Source of the DNA: Octopus bimaculoides | Lineage: Eukaryota | DNA: 64,000 bases | Assembly: GCF_001194135.2 (NCBI RefSeq) | Contig: NC_069003.1 | Coordinates: forward strand, 37,356,265-37,420,264 | Direction: 5' to 3' | Shown: piece after piece, positions 11,293 to 26,420 of the stretch | How the letters are laid out: each line of letters starts with the position of its first letter | How positions within the stretch are numbered: position 1 is the first letter of the stretch | The notes under the pieces: model-generated | What the model saw: the letters and a program-made list of their open reading frames with translations, nothing else | The model's database searches: none | What the model was told of the DNA's origin: nothing | Program-made: the position numbers and the translations under genes

Positions 11293-13604
11293 ACTAGTGA
11301 AATAAAAAAAAAAGTCATACATTTACATAGTTGCAGGGTAAAAAAATGAAAACAAAGAGAAGGAAAATTAAGTGAAACAAAACCAGAGGCGACCACAATG
11401 GAACAAAACAGATGTGTGTGTGTGAGTGTTCTAAGTTTGGAATCAAGAATCAGTGATGTGTTAGTAAGTCAACAAGAGTTGGTGGTAAAATAGCAAACTG
11501 CTGAACACATGATTGGACAGGTAGGAGGCTGCTGGTGGGGGTGAGGGGGCTGTTGCATGTGAGATAATAACATACAGATGGTAGTGTTATGTCTGATGAT
11601 GATGTTATTGTTGATGGTGCTGTAGTTGTAGATGATGGTAATGATGATGATGCTGGTGAGTGTGTAGATGATGATGATGATGATGGCAAGCTTGAACGTC
11701 CATGCACTGGCCATTAATCCAATTAACCTGTTCACTCAGCTCTTTGGAATTCAAAGTTAGAGAGAATTGGGAGAATACTACTACTACTACTAATAATAAT
11801 AATAATAATAATAATAATCTCATTATTCTTTTATTGCCCACAAAGGCCCAAGACGTTGGTGATGGTAGAAAGGCAAAATCTAAAAGAAAACAAGAAACTA
11901 ATGAAGTTTATATTCGAGCAAAACATGAAATCAATAAAACAATAAAGACAAATAAATGAATAAGAACAACAAAATAACCCCAAATTGGGGTGGGGGTGTG
12001 AACCAAGAGGGTGATTTGGGGCATCCCTCAACACAACCCTGGGTTACACTAACACACCAAAGACAAATGCCATCTTCCCATTCTTGATGCTAGTCTAAGA
12101 TTGGTGAGGTTCCTGGCCAGAGAGAAAAGCTCTGTTCTCAAAAACTTTCAACACCATCCATCTACCTCACAGCTTTCTTTGGCACAGCCACCACGAACGG
12201 GAGAAAGGTCACCGACTTTTCTTTGCCAAATCAAGTGGGGGTGGGGTGGGGGGTTTGGATTTGGCTGAGAATTGAATCTGTGCCACAAGCAATCACAGAT
12301 ATTTGTGTTAAGCCCACAAAGCAGAATGCGGTAATTGAAATGCTTTCATCATCTCATACACATCTTGGGACAGGTTCAGTTGTTGTGACCCCTGCAGCAG
12401 TGTCAGGCCAAGATAGAAATGTCCCTCATCTCCAAAGCTCAAAACTCATCCAGAAGAGACTGTCCTAGTTGACATTGATAACATGTTGCAGGCCATGGTG
12501 ACTTCTACCTTCTGCTAATCTATACAACGGTTGGTTTTCTCCCAATGACACTGTCTGGAGGGCAGAGTGCTGCGTGGACTTGCCCCCTCCAGGTTCGATC
12601 ACTTCAGTTGACTACTTTTATCTCTGATGTGTCTGACACTCTGCTGCTGCTGCTACTGTGTGTGTGTGTATGGCAAAGCAGGATTGAGCTGAAGAAAAGA
12701 CTAGGCATAAGAAGGAGTTACAACATGCAAGAGAAACAGCTGTAAGGCAGATGACAGGAAAGAGATTCGTGTGAAAAAAGGGGACAGTGAAAGAGGAAGG
12801 CCCAAGGCAGGTGTGGGCAGAGATGGTGAAGTCTGGTTACAGAATAATGAACCTCACAAAGGAGATGACAAAAAAATGGTAGGACACTGAGTTGGAGAGG
12901 ACACACCCCAAGGTAGGCAGCTATCATTTACTAGTTTCAGTCATTCAACCATGGCCATACTGGAACACCACTGTGAAGGGTGGAGCTGAACAAACTGAAC
13001 CCAGGATTTACATTTTTTTTTTAATTAAGTCTTATACTTATTCTATCAGTCTGTTTTATCAAACTGCTAAGTGTTGTGAATGTAAATGAATCAACACCAG
13101 TAGTCAAACATTGGGGGATAGTGATCACACACATACACAGGTTGCCATAAGGTTTCCATCTGCCAAATTCCCTCACAAGACATTGGTCAGCTCAAGGCTA
13201 AAGTAGAAGACATTTGTCCAAGGTGCTTTGACTGGGACTGAACCTGAAACCATGTGGCTGGGAAGTTTCTCAACTACACAGCCATGCCGGTGCCTACATG
13301 ATCAAAATTTACATTTTTTTATATTTAAGGTGATAGACAATGCTTTGAGGGAAATTAGCTGCCACTTCTAGCAAAGCGAACATGTGTAGAGGCTCCCCCT
13401 GTAAACATCAATATTGTCTTTCACATTACGCCAGGCCCCTAATTCCCCCACCTCCACCAATGTAATGGCAACATTAATCAAGAACTATGAAGCACCCTTC
13501 CCCTGAATAACCGCCATTACTCCCTTCCCACAGCAACAAACACCCATTAGCCCCCCTCCTCCCCCCATACCAACCATTAACTCAACAATTATCACCAATG
13601 GGAA

Positions 13605-13805
13605 ATGAGGGGAGCCCCTATATGTGGTTGCTCAACCTGCTGGAAATAGCAGCCAAATCTCCCTCAAACCACAGACATGGAAAGAAGGACACATTGAGGT
13701 AATGTAGACTGGAACAAATAATGATGAGATGGTCACAGCTTGATTGCCTTTGATCCTAGGCTTGCTTGATCAGGGCTAACCTGGGGCTAAACTTCATCAT
13801 CATCA
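13605..13805 (+). mobile_element. SINE-like family S4 (ggagcc...ctgctggaaatagcagccaaatctccctcaaa...cagggctaacctggggctaaac)
   Basis: Fragments recur near 6740-6990, 8220, 13330 (inverted), 13850, 16030, 19040, 46200-46720, 47570 and 52440. Confidence 0.65.
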
Positions 13806-15616
13806 TCCAATACTCCAAGGCAATGCAGCAGCTTCTATATGGTCACTTTGCTTGCTGGAAATAGAAGATAAATTACCCTGTAATTACATTGTACTGTCTT
13901 AAACCCACAAGGACACCTTGGATAATGTGTAACCAGATCCATTGTACACCATGTTTGAAGAGACATTTGAGAAGGTCATGGCTGGAATCAGAACCTCAAA
14001 CATCACTCTGCTGAATCAGGACAGCTGGGACGAAACAAACAACCAAACAAATATTAACTTCAAACTACCACCACCACCACTCCTATAACTACTGCTACTC
14101 CTCCTTCTTCTCCTCCTCCTCCTCACACCACCAAGTACCATAACTAATCATGCCCCACTGACATCCCACCCCCCTTTTACGACTATTTCTAGCTTCGCAT
14201 GAAAATAGAAAAGATTTCACACTTGAGTGAATCACTACAAAACAACAACAAGGCAATCACAATTATCACATTTCATTACATAAAAAGGTATTTAAATTAA
14301 ATGTATGTGTGTGTGTGTGTATACACATGGATACGTATACAAGCAAGCAGAGGGGGGGGGGAGTGCATACATTTATGCTTATAGAATTATTGCACAAGAT
14401 GTGTGTGTGTGTGTAAAGAAGGCAATGAGCAGAGAGGTGTAAATCTATCCTGTTTTGTTGAAAAGGCAACAGTTATTCGAGGACTGGTAGAATATTACAT
14501 TGGAATAAATACTGTGGGTGACTGAAACCATGGCAGGCAGTGCCCCAGCATGGCCACAATCCAAAACCAGTAAAAGAATATGCACACATAAATAAGTTAT
14601 ATGTACCACACATACACACACGCTGAAAGAGTGATCATGTCTATGTTAAAACACACACACACACACACACAACAAAAGCCGGTCTCGTGTTCAGAAGCTC
14701 GTTAGGACAGAAATTACAGTTTCTAAGACACATAAATGACTCCCCAGCCCATCACCCTCGTTCCTAAATGGGAGGCTGGTCTGTTGTTGCCAGGTGAAAC
14801 ACCTAACAGCTATTGGGACTCCTAGACAACTGAGCAAACTTGAAATGAAGGAAATTAGGTTTTTATAAATGGAACACTCAAAGCAGATAAAGTTGTAGAA
14901 TTGGGGATTTAAAAACACCCCTTACCTGTTGCCCTTTGACCCTTTTCCATCCAAGGGATTTTTCAAACTGATATTTACATGCTATTATTTCTAACTTTAA
15001 GTTTCTCTGTTAAAATGGATTGAATCAAGTTTGCTCAGCAGAGTTTCTGAATTCTTCTAATGCAGTGAAATGCCTTCCTCAAGGATCCAATGTGCTACCT
15101 GGTCTTGGAATCGAACCCAAAACCTAACAATCATGAGCCCAACACCCTAACCACTGTGCTATGTACATTCATATGTACACACACACATTACTGCATACAA
15201 AGAAATACCTACATGAGAGAGAGAGAAGGGGAGAGGCAGACAGGGACCAACAGAAAGGCAAGAAGAAAACAATGAAAAGGGAGATGAGAGCTATGAGTAT
15301 AAAATGTACTGGTTTTAGCCGAGAGTCTGAGAGTTCAATGGCTGCAATGTGAGAGTTGGAACCAGCAGGAGGACAGGCTTAAGCAAGTTGCTCTATGAAA
15401 TAGAATACTGCAAATTACAGCTGGGAGATTTAGCTAATAGGATTAGTGTAGATTATTGCGCTATATGGATTAGGAGATGATAGAACTTTTTCTTACACAT
15501 GCAAATGTGTACGGAAAGCAATCAGTCAATATGTGTGTGTGTGTGTAGGCGATTATTTGTGCTCAATAAAGAGTGCAAATGAATGTTTGTTTGGAAAAGA
15601 ATGTGTGTGTGTATGT

Positions 15617-15655
<39 letters not shown>

Positions 15656-18428
15656 ATACAGGTATGTTTATGTAGGCAGGAATATGTGTTTCTATGCAAT
15701 AGCAAGCATGTGCAAATGTGTGTTTGGATGCAATAATCAGTGTGTGTGTGTGTGTGTGTGTGCACATGCCAGCAGGTGTGAAGTGTAATACAGGTGTGTC
15801 TGTGTGAGTTTGAAAAAATAAAATTAAGATCACAAAAAGAACTTTAAAAATAGTTTCCTCTTATGCAGTAGTAGTAGTAGTCTACTGTCCAAATCTGTAA
15901 TCAATAGAATTACTATTGTAATTACAAAAGCTAATTGTTAAGTAATTATTCACCACATTATTACATTTGAAGCCTAACAACTCGAGCAACACTGGTACGC
16001 CACCTTCTGGTGAGTGACTGAAGTAGAGAGATTACTCAACCTGGTAGAAATAACAGTCACATCTCCTCCTGCAAATCACATCTCAACATTGAAAATATGT
16101 GAAGGACATATCAAATAATGCCATCCTAGATCCCTCTACAAAGATAATATGAAATGATAACAAATCCCTGTTATTACAGCAGCCATGACAGGCTGTGGCC
16201 CTTAATAATTAGACAGGCATATCCCTTGACAGAGTGTGATGGTTCCACATTGTTGCTAGACCAATCTCTGTATCTTGACATCTCAGGGGTGGGGAGTCTC
16301 ATGTTTGCAGACAAAATCTCAATTTCATTTGGATGAAATCTCTAAAAATCTAGAATGAAAAAAAGCTTTAAGACTAAACAAAAGCAGTCGTTTAAGTTGT
16401 ATATCTTTGTATTTGTCAATTAGAAGATTATGGGTGCAGGTGTGGCTGTGTGGTTAAGAGGCATGCTTTTTCAACCAGGTGCTCTTGGGTTCAATCTTCT
16501 GGCTTGCTGGTTCCGTTTGAACTGTCCAACTCATGCCAGCATAGGAAACAGATGTTAAAAGGATGCTGATTTAGTCATAGCTGCTGGAAATGGTTTCTCA
16601 CATGCAACTGTGTCTTTGTAGTAAAAACTATTTCAAATAACCTCAAATCCCAGATCACCTGGCTACCAAGAATAGGAACCAGAATTTTATCTGTGAAAGA
16701 CTAACATCAGAAGGAGACTTCAACTAGATTTGGTTCTTAAAAAGTAATTTAGAGGCTAAAGAAACATATTTTTTTTATTGTGTGGTTTCTTTGGAGCTAG
16801 ATGAGCTCAGGTGATTTAGAATTGTGTGTCTGATCTTGGAACACATGCAGATGGTTGTGGTGGGAAGAAGTGTTGAGGTGTTGCAATGAAGTTGTGATTT
16901 GAAGTTTATTTTGTGGTGTTGGAGACAGACAAAAATGTTTATGCAAAAAGTCACATATATAAACCTATACATACAGACAGATAAAGATCTATCAACACAT
17001 AGAGCTATACAAAGTCATAGAAATCAGTTGGTGCATAGACACATGCACACAAACGTATTCACATTTACGTGCACACAGATAAATGTATTCTTTCTCTCTC
17101 ACATGCACAATTCTCCATAAATATAATTTTATGAGAAAGTTACTCGACAATATCTAATGAAGGTTATTTTTAACAAAATCAAATAAACAAATGTCATCAC
17201 AATTTCAAAAGAAGAAACACAAAACAAAAAACTCCTTTTTTTGCCAACCAAACACAGCCATAATTAACACCACTGCATCACTGCAACCAACACACAGAAG
17301 ATTGTTTATGAATCAAGAAACATCCCCCCCCCACCTCTCATTGCCTCCCCACCTCCTCTCCCTCTGTCTTTATTCTGTCAGTCTGCATATCACCATCAAA
17401 GTATTAGTGAGTGTGACCTGATGTATCAGTGAAGGCCCACATCCGTTTCTGAGCTGAGGTGTATCCCTGTGTGTGAGTGAGTTTTTGTCACCATGACCTT
17501 GTCTCTTTGACGCAGCTGAATAGTGTCATGTAGAGAGGGAGGGAGGACACGGCTGGCCGGACTTTGAAAGCTGTTTTGGCGGCAACAGCACTTTCGGATG
17601 CTGGAGGCAGACAGACACACATAAAAATAGAATGAGAGATGGAGAGAAATGGGGGAAAGAACAAGAGAAACCTTAAACCAGCTGTTAAATGAGCCAACAT
17701 TGAATCAGTGATGCCAAATAGGCAGTGCCAAAACAGCTATGCCAAAACGTCTCATATCCAATGACAGAGTTACTATCACTACCTTGTGTCTCTCTCTCTC
17801 TCTCTCTCTCTCTTCCTCCCTTTATACCTTCCTTAACTATAATGATGATGATGATGATGATGATGATGATAATGAAGGTGAGACTACATACAAGAAATTC
17901 TGTCATATCAAATAGGTTAGTTGAAAGTATAAGACTAAACATAATCACAAGCACAGAGGGCGGTGGAGCGTCAGACAAAAATGCTTTGTGGTAATCTGGG
18001 ATTTTTACATTCTAAGCTCAAATGCCCGAGTTCACCAGAGCTGATTTTACCTTTCATCCTTGCAAAGTCAATAAAAAAAAAAGTACCAGTCAAGTACTGG
18101 GGGATATCCAACTAACCCCTCCCCTCAAACTGGTGGCTTTGTGCCTACATCAGAGGATCATTACAGCCATATTGAAACTGGGGTAGTGGTGGTAGTAGGG
18201 GGAATATGAGGAGGTGGTAGGGAGTAGGGAGTGTGGAGTGGTGGTGGTGGTGGTGGTGGTGGGTATCAAAGAAGAGAGAAGAGAAGATAATGGTTGAGAG
18301 AACCATGTTAGTAGCTTCAGCTATTTAGTGTGTGCATGAGTGCGTTTGTACACGTGTCTGTGTGCGTGCATGCTTTTGTATATGTGTGTACGTGTACGTG
18401 TGTAAATCTGTGTGGGATTATGCCTGAG

Positions 18429-18552
18429 CATGGGCATTGCAATCTGTGTGTATGTGTGTGTGTGTATGCACTTAGTGCATGCCTGTATCATGAGCATTGC
18501 AATCTGTGTGTGTGTGTGTGTGTGTATGCACTTAGTGCATGCCTGTATCATG
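18429..18552. repeat. 60-bp tandem duplication x2
   Basis: Lines 18421 and 18481 are nearly identical (catg(g/a)gcattgcaatctgtgtg...tatgcacttagtgcatgcctgtat). Confidence 0.9.
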
Positions 18553-19229
18553 TTCTTTAAACAAATCCATTCCCGGACTCACTCACTCACTGACTAATGC
18601 TATTCCAATTCTTCTGGAAGCTTCTCTCTCATATCGTCACACTTACTTCCAATGGAAGTTCCGCCACACTAAACTTTCCTCCACCACTGCCACCCCCACC
18701 CACACAAGACTAGATGCTGGATGCTGCAGCACTGACTCGCATTTACTCAAAATCAAGATATTTTGATATGTAAGGGATGTGAGTGGAGTGAAAAGGGATG
18801 ACAGAGATGAACAAGAAGTGGAGGCATTCATGCCTTTTCCAATAGCATTGATTAAGATTAGAGGCAAACACAAGCAATTTCTGACAATGGTCCAAGACAG
18901 CCGCCTGTGTGTTTGACAGAATATGGTGGATGGGACTTAGTTTGTCTCGAGTCATTTAACACTGCAAAGACAATATCATGGTTTCTGTTCCACTGTTTTC
19001 GTCATCTTTCATAAACATAAAAACAATCCAATGATGGAGTCTCAGTGTAGTCACTCAACCTGCCAGAAATAGCAGCCAAACCTTCCTCCATTCATTCCCC
19101 TCATCTTAGAAAGGGTCGTGTTGGAGAATGTGGTTATTGGTTTTCAGCACAATAATTTTCATTAAAGACCTGCTGGATCAAACATTTCTCGAAATATCAA
19201 CCATCAAAATCCACACAAAGTAAACAGAT

Positions 19230-19600
19230 CCCAAACTAAAAACTGAAAAATTTCAAGGACAGACAAAATCACAACCCTACACGAAAAGGACTTGGTGTCT
19301 GAAGGCATCAATTCTCCATCTGCTATCACTATTTGTATCAACACTGTCAAATTAAATTATCTGGAAACTACAAAAACCCAAGTGAAGTAACATCTACAAG
19401 CCTTTCACTCCCTCTGCAGGCTCTCAAACATCCTAGAAAACCTAATCCATAACATCATTAATCTTGAGAATCATTTTTTTCAAATCCCATCACAGTTCAA
19501 ACCCTGACACTCAAATAGCACATTAGTAACCAGACAGAGGACAATGCTTCCACAACCTACCATTTCCAGAATGGAATAGCACAGAAATCTCTCTTCTTAA
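19230..19600 (+). mobile_element. Degenerate jockey/I-like LINE reverse transcriptase remnant
   Basis: Frameshifted translation YKP...LSNILENLIHNIINLENHFFQIPSQFKP*HSNSTL resembles YRPISLL..LSKILEKLIHNRL...Q.GFRP.HST. Confidence 0.45.
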
Positions 19601-21349
19601 TCATTTTAGCCTAAAATAAACTCCCAGACTGTCACGAAAGAGGCAAACTTATCTCGTGTAGCATTGCATTCTCATTTCCTCACCATTTTCCCGGTTGCTG
19701 CAGTATCACTCCAACTCTGGTTAAATCACCTGATTTTTAAACAACCACACACAAACATACTTCCACATTTAGAGAGAGAGAGAGAGAGAGAGAACAGGAG
19801 CAACATTAAGACATCTGATGTCAAATAATTCAGTGTTGAAGTGACATGAAAACGGTTGGAATTAAAACATCTCCTCGGACCCTATAAAGTAGCTTCTTCA
19901 AATCTCAGTATCTCTTCCTACCAGTAGCACTAAAGAACATCTGAAAGAACCAGTGATTCTATCCAATCACGTACACACGCACACACACTGGCAGGTACAA
20001 TTCTTCCACAATACTGACAACACAAATACAAGACACTAAAGACATAAAATAATGCCACAGATATCAGATTTGGTCACAGAAACAAATAGCAACAATGGTG
20101 CCAGCTGTGTCAGGGCCAAAATCTCTCCACACCAAACCAAAATAAATTACAAAGAACACAAAACCTTTCAACTAGTTTCATTAAATGCAACCATTTATAG
20201 AAAACAATGTATTAAAATACAGTGTCCGTGTGTCTGCTGGTGACATGTTCCCACCTGACATTGAGCATTCATCATACCAGCTGTGTTCATTTGCAACCAT
20301 TAATGAAAACATGTCCAGCCATGGGAAAATATTAGCTTGATTGGCAACAGGTGAGAGTTGAAAACAACAACAAAAAAAAAAGCATCCAGCTGTAGAAAAC
20401 CTGTCTCAATGAATTTTATCTGAGCCATGCAAGAAGTATGGAAAAGTAGATGCTAAAATGATGAGAAAACTTTCACAGGCTACATCTAAACATCAAAAGA
20501 GAGGAGAAAATTCAATCATTTATTCCAGAATGGATGATTAAGTTTCCTTTCTTTGCAGCTTGAGGAAACTGGTTGTATAATTGGTAAGAGTTTTACTTTG
20601 GCTTTTAACAAGGCAAAGAGTTCAAATCTTAGTAAAGCTGACATGAAAATACCAGAAGACAATTCTAAAAATATTCAAGAGTTTTTACCTTTCCCTGAAA
20701 TAATCCATCTCAGAAGAACCTGAAAAAATAAAGAACAAAAATAAAAATATGATATTTGAAAGGCATGCACACCACAGCACACATCATCACCATTTAATGC
20801 CCATGTTCCATTCTGGCAGGGGTTGGACAGTTTCACAGGATCTGATGGCCTCAAGAGTTGCATCTTGCTCCCATGTCTGCCATGGCATAGTTTCATGCCT
20901 TTCCTATACTTGAGGCATTTTTCATGACTCCAGTACAATGTATATATATTTGGATGCTGATGATTTAGTGCAGCTGACTGGACATTCAGCCTGTTTTGGG
21001 AACAATACTGTTTGGCACTAGAGGGACACACACAAACACACGTGCGTGTGCATATAGAAATATACACATACAAATAGAAAAGAGTGTGTGAGAAAGAAAG
21101 AGAGACAGAAATTCCAACGACCTTGAATCCACAAGAGTAAACAAGAGAGGCAGAGACAGGCAGAAACAAGGAAAATGCCCCTTCTATTTGAATACTATGC
21201 AAATATTCTTTTAAAAAACTTTTCATTTAATTTTTCCAAAATTTAATTGTTTCCTATACATACAGTTGAAAAAGTCTCAATGACCGAAGCCGGTACTGAA
21301 ATGTTTTTTATAAAATTATTTTAGCATTTTCTACCTTGACTTTTTCCCC

Positions 21350-21415
<66 letters not shown>

Positions 21416-21416
<1 letters not shown>

Positions 21417-21597
21417 CAGAAGTGTAGTGGTGTGGTAAGGAGCTTGCTTCCAAACCACATGGCTCTGGATTCAGTCCCACTGCATGGCACCTTAGGCAAG
21501 TGTCACCTACTATAGCCTTGGGCCAACCAAAGCATTGGATTTGGTAGATGGAAACTGGAAAAAAGCCCATCATATATATGTATGAATGTGTGTGTGT
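21416..21597 (+). mobile_element. SINE S2, 5' half, inserted after a long (TA)n
   Basis: gtggtgtggtaaggagcttgcttccaaaccacatgg...ggcaccttaggcaagtg...ccaaccaaagc. Confidence 0.8.
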
Positions 21598-21784
21598 GGT
21601 ATGAGATATTACATTCTGTCTCAAGCTCTAACTTGGAACAGAATGTGAACAAACCTTCCAATGAAACTCAACCCTTATAATTAATGCATTCCAGAAGGCC
21701 ACACACACTGTGTGTATGTGTATGCGTGTGCATTTATGTGCAGGTATATGTATGCTGGAGGGAAACGACACCATTCACAGACCA

Positions 21785-21997
21785 TTAGCCCATTAAGCAT
21801 TCGGATTACTATGTCTTACGTCTATTTATTCACATTGTTTTAATTTAATCATGTATTATCTTTTAACGGTGATGTGATTGTTAATTTTTAGAATAACATT
21901 GTAGGAAAGGTATGAGAGGCTGGATCTGGATGGTTTGAACATAAAACAGGTAAAATATGTTGGCTGGATATAAGCGATTTGAATGCTAAAGGGTTAA
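21785..21997. mobile_element. piggyBac-like MITE
   Basis: Imperfect terminal inverted repeats ttagcccattaagcattc / gaatgctaaagggttaa, with TTAA-type ends and CCC...GGG termini. Confidence 0.6.
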
Positions 21998-22530
21998 ATA
22001 GTATTTCATAAAATCTTGCAACATTGGTCCCAACGTCTCCCTTGCAGAATTCACCAGAAGTTTATGTGAAGAAGAATTATTTAAGTACACTATCATTATA
22101 TAGAACAGCCAGGCCAGCACAAAGCTCTTGTAATAAACCATAAGAAAGAAAAATATGCTTAATCAAAAAATATGGACATGAAAAAGTGTGGTTAGCAATT
22201 CTCTCAAATAAATAACTTAGTGGTTAATATTTTTAGAATGCTCTACTTCTGGCAAAACAGCCGATAAATATTCTAATTTATGTCTCGTAATCAATGAAGC
22301 AACTATTTGATGTATAAATACTTTATACAAAGTGTTTGAAATTGTCGATACGTTGTAAACATTTTATAAATATATTTACAATTGGTTCATAAAATAAAGT
22401 GTTGGATCTAAAGTCTGTGTTGAATAGTAAGATAGATGTATGTAGATGTGTGTGTGTGTGTGTAGATATATGTATACTTGTGTATGTATACACATATATC
22501 ATGGTCGGTTGTAACATATATACATACACA

Positions 22531-22587
<57 letters not shown>

Positions 22588-24223
22588 CATCATAATTTAA
22601 CATCTACTTTCCATGCTGGTATGGGTTGGATGGTTTGACAAGAGTTGGCCAGGCAGGAGCCTGTACCAGACTTCTGTGTCTGCTATGGCACAGTTATTAT
22701 GGCTGGATGCCCTTTCTAACACCAACCACCCCCAGTAGAGTGGGACTCAGTGCTTTTTATGTGGCACCAACACAGGTGAGGTCAGTTTTGGTATGGTTTG
22801 TTTTACAGCTGGATGACCTTCCAAACACCAACTACATTACAGTGTGGACTGGAGACTTTTGAAGTGGCACCAGCACTGGGCAGGGTCACCAAATAACTTG
22901 CAAGACAAACATCTTTTGAGACGCGAGGGGGGGGCATTGGAGGAGGAGGAGGGGATCTTGTGTCAGATGATGAATGGTTAGAGTGTGACAGAGACAGGTA
23001 TCTTGCTGTAGGAGAGGTACATGGTTACCTGCAACAACATCTGTGTTGCATCCATCCATCCATCCATCCATCTGTTAAGTAGACAATAGCATGTCAGAGA
23101 ATGGTATATTTAGGTGATTACATAATACCCAGGGTTGAATATCTAGCAGATCAAAATTGATTCAACTCTTGTAATTTAATGATTGTCAAAGGTGTCAACC
23201 CTAACGAAGCTTGTTGAATCTAATGGCTTTTAATTTGTATCAGTGAGCCTGGAAGACACCTCTGCCAATGACAACAATGAAATAGCAGTGCTAACCTCTG
23301 GCGAAGGAATATCTCCAGCTGCTTAAATACTTGTAATGTTGTTGGACAAAACCAACAGTTTTATGTCTTGTTGAAGTATGGAGTGGGTTTATCAACTATG
23401 CCCTCGTATCCTGAAGATATTTGCATCCTTAGTTTCTAGATAAGCTGAGAAAAGGATGTGAAGTTTTCCCTGATCCCTGCACTAAATGAGGGAAGCTATG
23501 GATAACTCTTGAAAGTGCTAATAGGGAATCTTGTGTAAATCTTTAAAATATAATCAGGAGTTGTTACAAATGCTTGATACAAAATCTCTTTGCCTTGAAG
23601 GGTTTACTTGAACCAATCAACACAAGGACATTTAAACCTGAGTCTGGGACTTATTCCATCAGTCTCATTTGCTGAACCAGGTTACAGGGATGTAAACAAA
23701 CCAATACCAGTTGCTAAGCACTGGTGGACACACACACACACACATACACACATCACATTATTCATACACACAGTCATACAAAAAAAGAAGATAAATTTAA
23801 AGCAAGTAAACGACTTTTGTTAGATTCAGTGATGAATATTCCAGTTGCTCCATCAACTGGACAATTAGTTGATGGTTCAGTCAGAAAGGAGGGGGATTAG
23901 GAGATACCATTGATCCCAGTATATGACTGGTATTTTCTTTATCAACCTCAAAAGAATGAAAGGTTAAGTTGACCTTGGCAGGAAACAGGTTTCAGTTGAT
24001 TCAATGCTGTTTCTGAGAGTTTTCTATCTCCAGAATATTCTTGCAGCTAAATCTATAAAGGCTTAACACATTGTAGCCATACAAAGTGGATGATCTGAGT
24101 TGAATAGGCAGACCCAGTGATGGGGGAAGTCATTCACTTGCCGGCATGGATTAGCTGATTTGCCAGGGTCTAAGACAGTTAATTTTGGGGTTACAAAGGT
24201 TTATTGTTGAGAGAGGGTAGTAG

Positions 24224-24261
<38 letters not shown>

Positions 24262-25809
24262 TAGGGAGGGTCTAATAGGGCAACAGTAGCATCAGAGGAT
24301 TAGTGGGAGGATGACAGAAGATTGGGGAAAGCTGATTACAAGGAGGTGCACTGCTACATCAACATGTAATAATACTTGACTGCATAAATTGGTGGGAAAA
24401 TAAAATGGAAAGGGACAACAGGACCAAAGAGCTGAATGATAATGACCAATTTATTTTTAAATAATTTTATATGCACTTGTTTTCTTTTCAGAAACAGGAA
24501 TCAATTATGTTACAGCATTGCAGAATTTGCTTGGCTTGTTAGGCAGAAATATTTACTTCAATGACAATGAAAGGAGTTCAGAAACCAGTAGAAAAAAAAA
24601 ATTGATGTTTTATAAGTGAGAGAGTAGTTGTTGAATTAATGATGTACCTTGTTTATGGTTGGCCATTGTCAATCAGGGCAGAAGAGAAAAATCATCAGCC
24701 AACAGGAGGGACAACATCATCAGACATTTGTTTTTCATAACTGTGGTTCCTAACTGAATATCTGCCAAGCATCATTGCAATACTGTAAAAAGATTTAAAT
24801 TGAATCACTTTGTTTTTAGACTTGTATAAACACCAAACGAAGAGGATTTTGATTGTTGAACTCTGAGAAAATGCTGGTATTCATTTGCAATAATCATTTT
24901 TTATTGATCACATAACTTGCTAAAATGAGGCAGCATTTCAGGTGGATGGAATCATGGAATCATCAATCAACCCAATTGCTTGTTTTTATGCGGCAAAATA
25001 AACCCTCATCAAACTATAAAGAAAGAACTTGCTAGACCTGAATTGTTTTCTCAAGCTTCTGCTATGATCAAACCTGGCTTGTTTTCAGGACACATGCACT
25101 GCTGACCATTATGTCCAGATATTAACAGATAATTCTAGTCTGTTCTTAATTATCTGACAGTGACTCATATATTTTTCAACAGGATTGGGTTTCCCACCTG
25201 ATTGTGCCAATATCACAAGAGCATTTAGTTGAATGCTGGGCAGGGGACACTGAAGAAAATTTTCTGAATAGCTTCCAGGATCTGGTATGACCATTTTTGA
25301 TTTCTTTTTGTGAGGATATCTATCAATCTTTGCTACTCCCTATTCTAAGAAAAGTTGTTGTTGTTGTTGGTGGTGGTGGTGGGGGGTAGTGTCCTCAGAT
25401 ACATCCTCTTTAGGATCCCATCAGAAGCAAATGTCATTAAACTTTCAGGCTGGGTTCCTCAATTTGGTTCAATTACGATTTCGATTTCACTTGCCCCAAC
25501 AGGTCTTTGCAGATGTCAATACAGAGGAAATTTTATTAGGGGCACCATGGGGGAATGTTTATAAGCAATATTGTTATGTTGTATAAAAATAAAATTTAAG
25601 AATTCCAAAAATGATATCACAACCAAAATGGGTAGAAGGTGTGTGTATATCAATTATAAATATTTTAACAACAACGCATTATTGAGCAGGTCAGTTGAGC
25701 TAAGCATGAAAAATGGGAGTTTTTTTTCCAAAAATACCCACTTTCTCTTACCTGTTCCCTCCACTAGTGGCGATGACAAGCATTGCTTTCCCAACTGACC
25801 TCCCGTCTC

Positions 25810-26420
25810 TCACAGGCCTTCAAGAATGACTTTATACAATCCTTGGACTGTAGGCTTGCTTTCTGCTGGGGTTGCTTTCCACAAATAAGTTTGCCGTATA
25901 AAATCTGCTGAGGGAATCCTTTCATAATTCATCCGAAGAGCCCAGCATAATCGGTGCTTGTGCATCATGGCCTCAATGTTCAGGATGTCGACGACCCACA
26001 AAGACCAGCCAATATTCAGAATGTATCTCAGACCCCTCTGATGGACGTGTTCGAGGACCCCTACATGATGCCTATAAAGGGTCCCTGTCTCAAATGAGTA
26101 AAAGAGCGACGTCAGCACACAGACCCACACACATACACATGGTTACACAGCAACTTTTGTTTGTTTTGTGATACCACGTTGGGACCAGACATGAAACTCA
26201 AGAGCCCTGAAGGAATCAGTTGCCTCCTGAAGCTTATAATATATTTCGTAATCCAAGGAGCAAGACCAGCTGAGTATGCTACCCGGACAGACAATCTTCT
26301 GCACCACTTTCAGTACTGTCCCTTCCACTATGATAGATGGCTTCATCCATGGGTTTCCTGGTGCAGGCTGGAACAGTACAACAGTTTGGTCCAGCCTAAT
26401 TATGCCTTACAAGATGCAGA
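25810..26420 (-). mobile_element. RTE (BovB-like) LINE ORF C-terminal remnant
   Basis: Minus-strand peptides VVQKIVCPGSILSWSCSLDYEI..LQEATDSFRALEFHVWSQRGITKQTKVAV and FETGTLYRHHVGVLEHVHQRGLRYILNIGW...HRLCWA match the RTE RT-thumb region (YLGS...LYGCETWTLYRRH...FHQRCLRRIL). Confidence 0.8.

Noticed and set aside
11400-11841. His/Gln/Ser-rich minus-strand ORFs as an upstream exon
   Set aside because: All frames are short and driven by (CAT)n and (TAT)n repeats; no convincing acceptor-donor pair. It could be UTR, but this is unsupported.
12300-12620. Possible transposase fragment (FGDEGHFYLG resembling FSDEAHF)
   Set aside because: A single short motif with no supporting flanking similarity.
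20675-21226. 183-aa minus ORF
   Set aside because: Runs through CA/GA microsatellites and an RTE-tail repeat; no recognisable domain.
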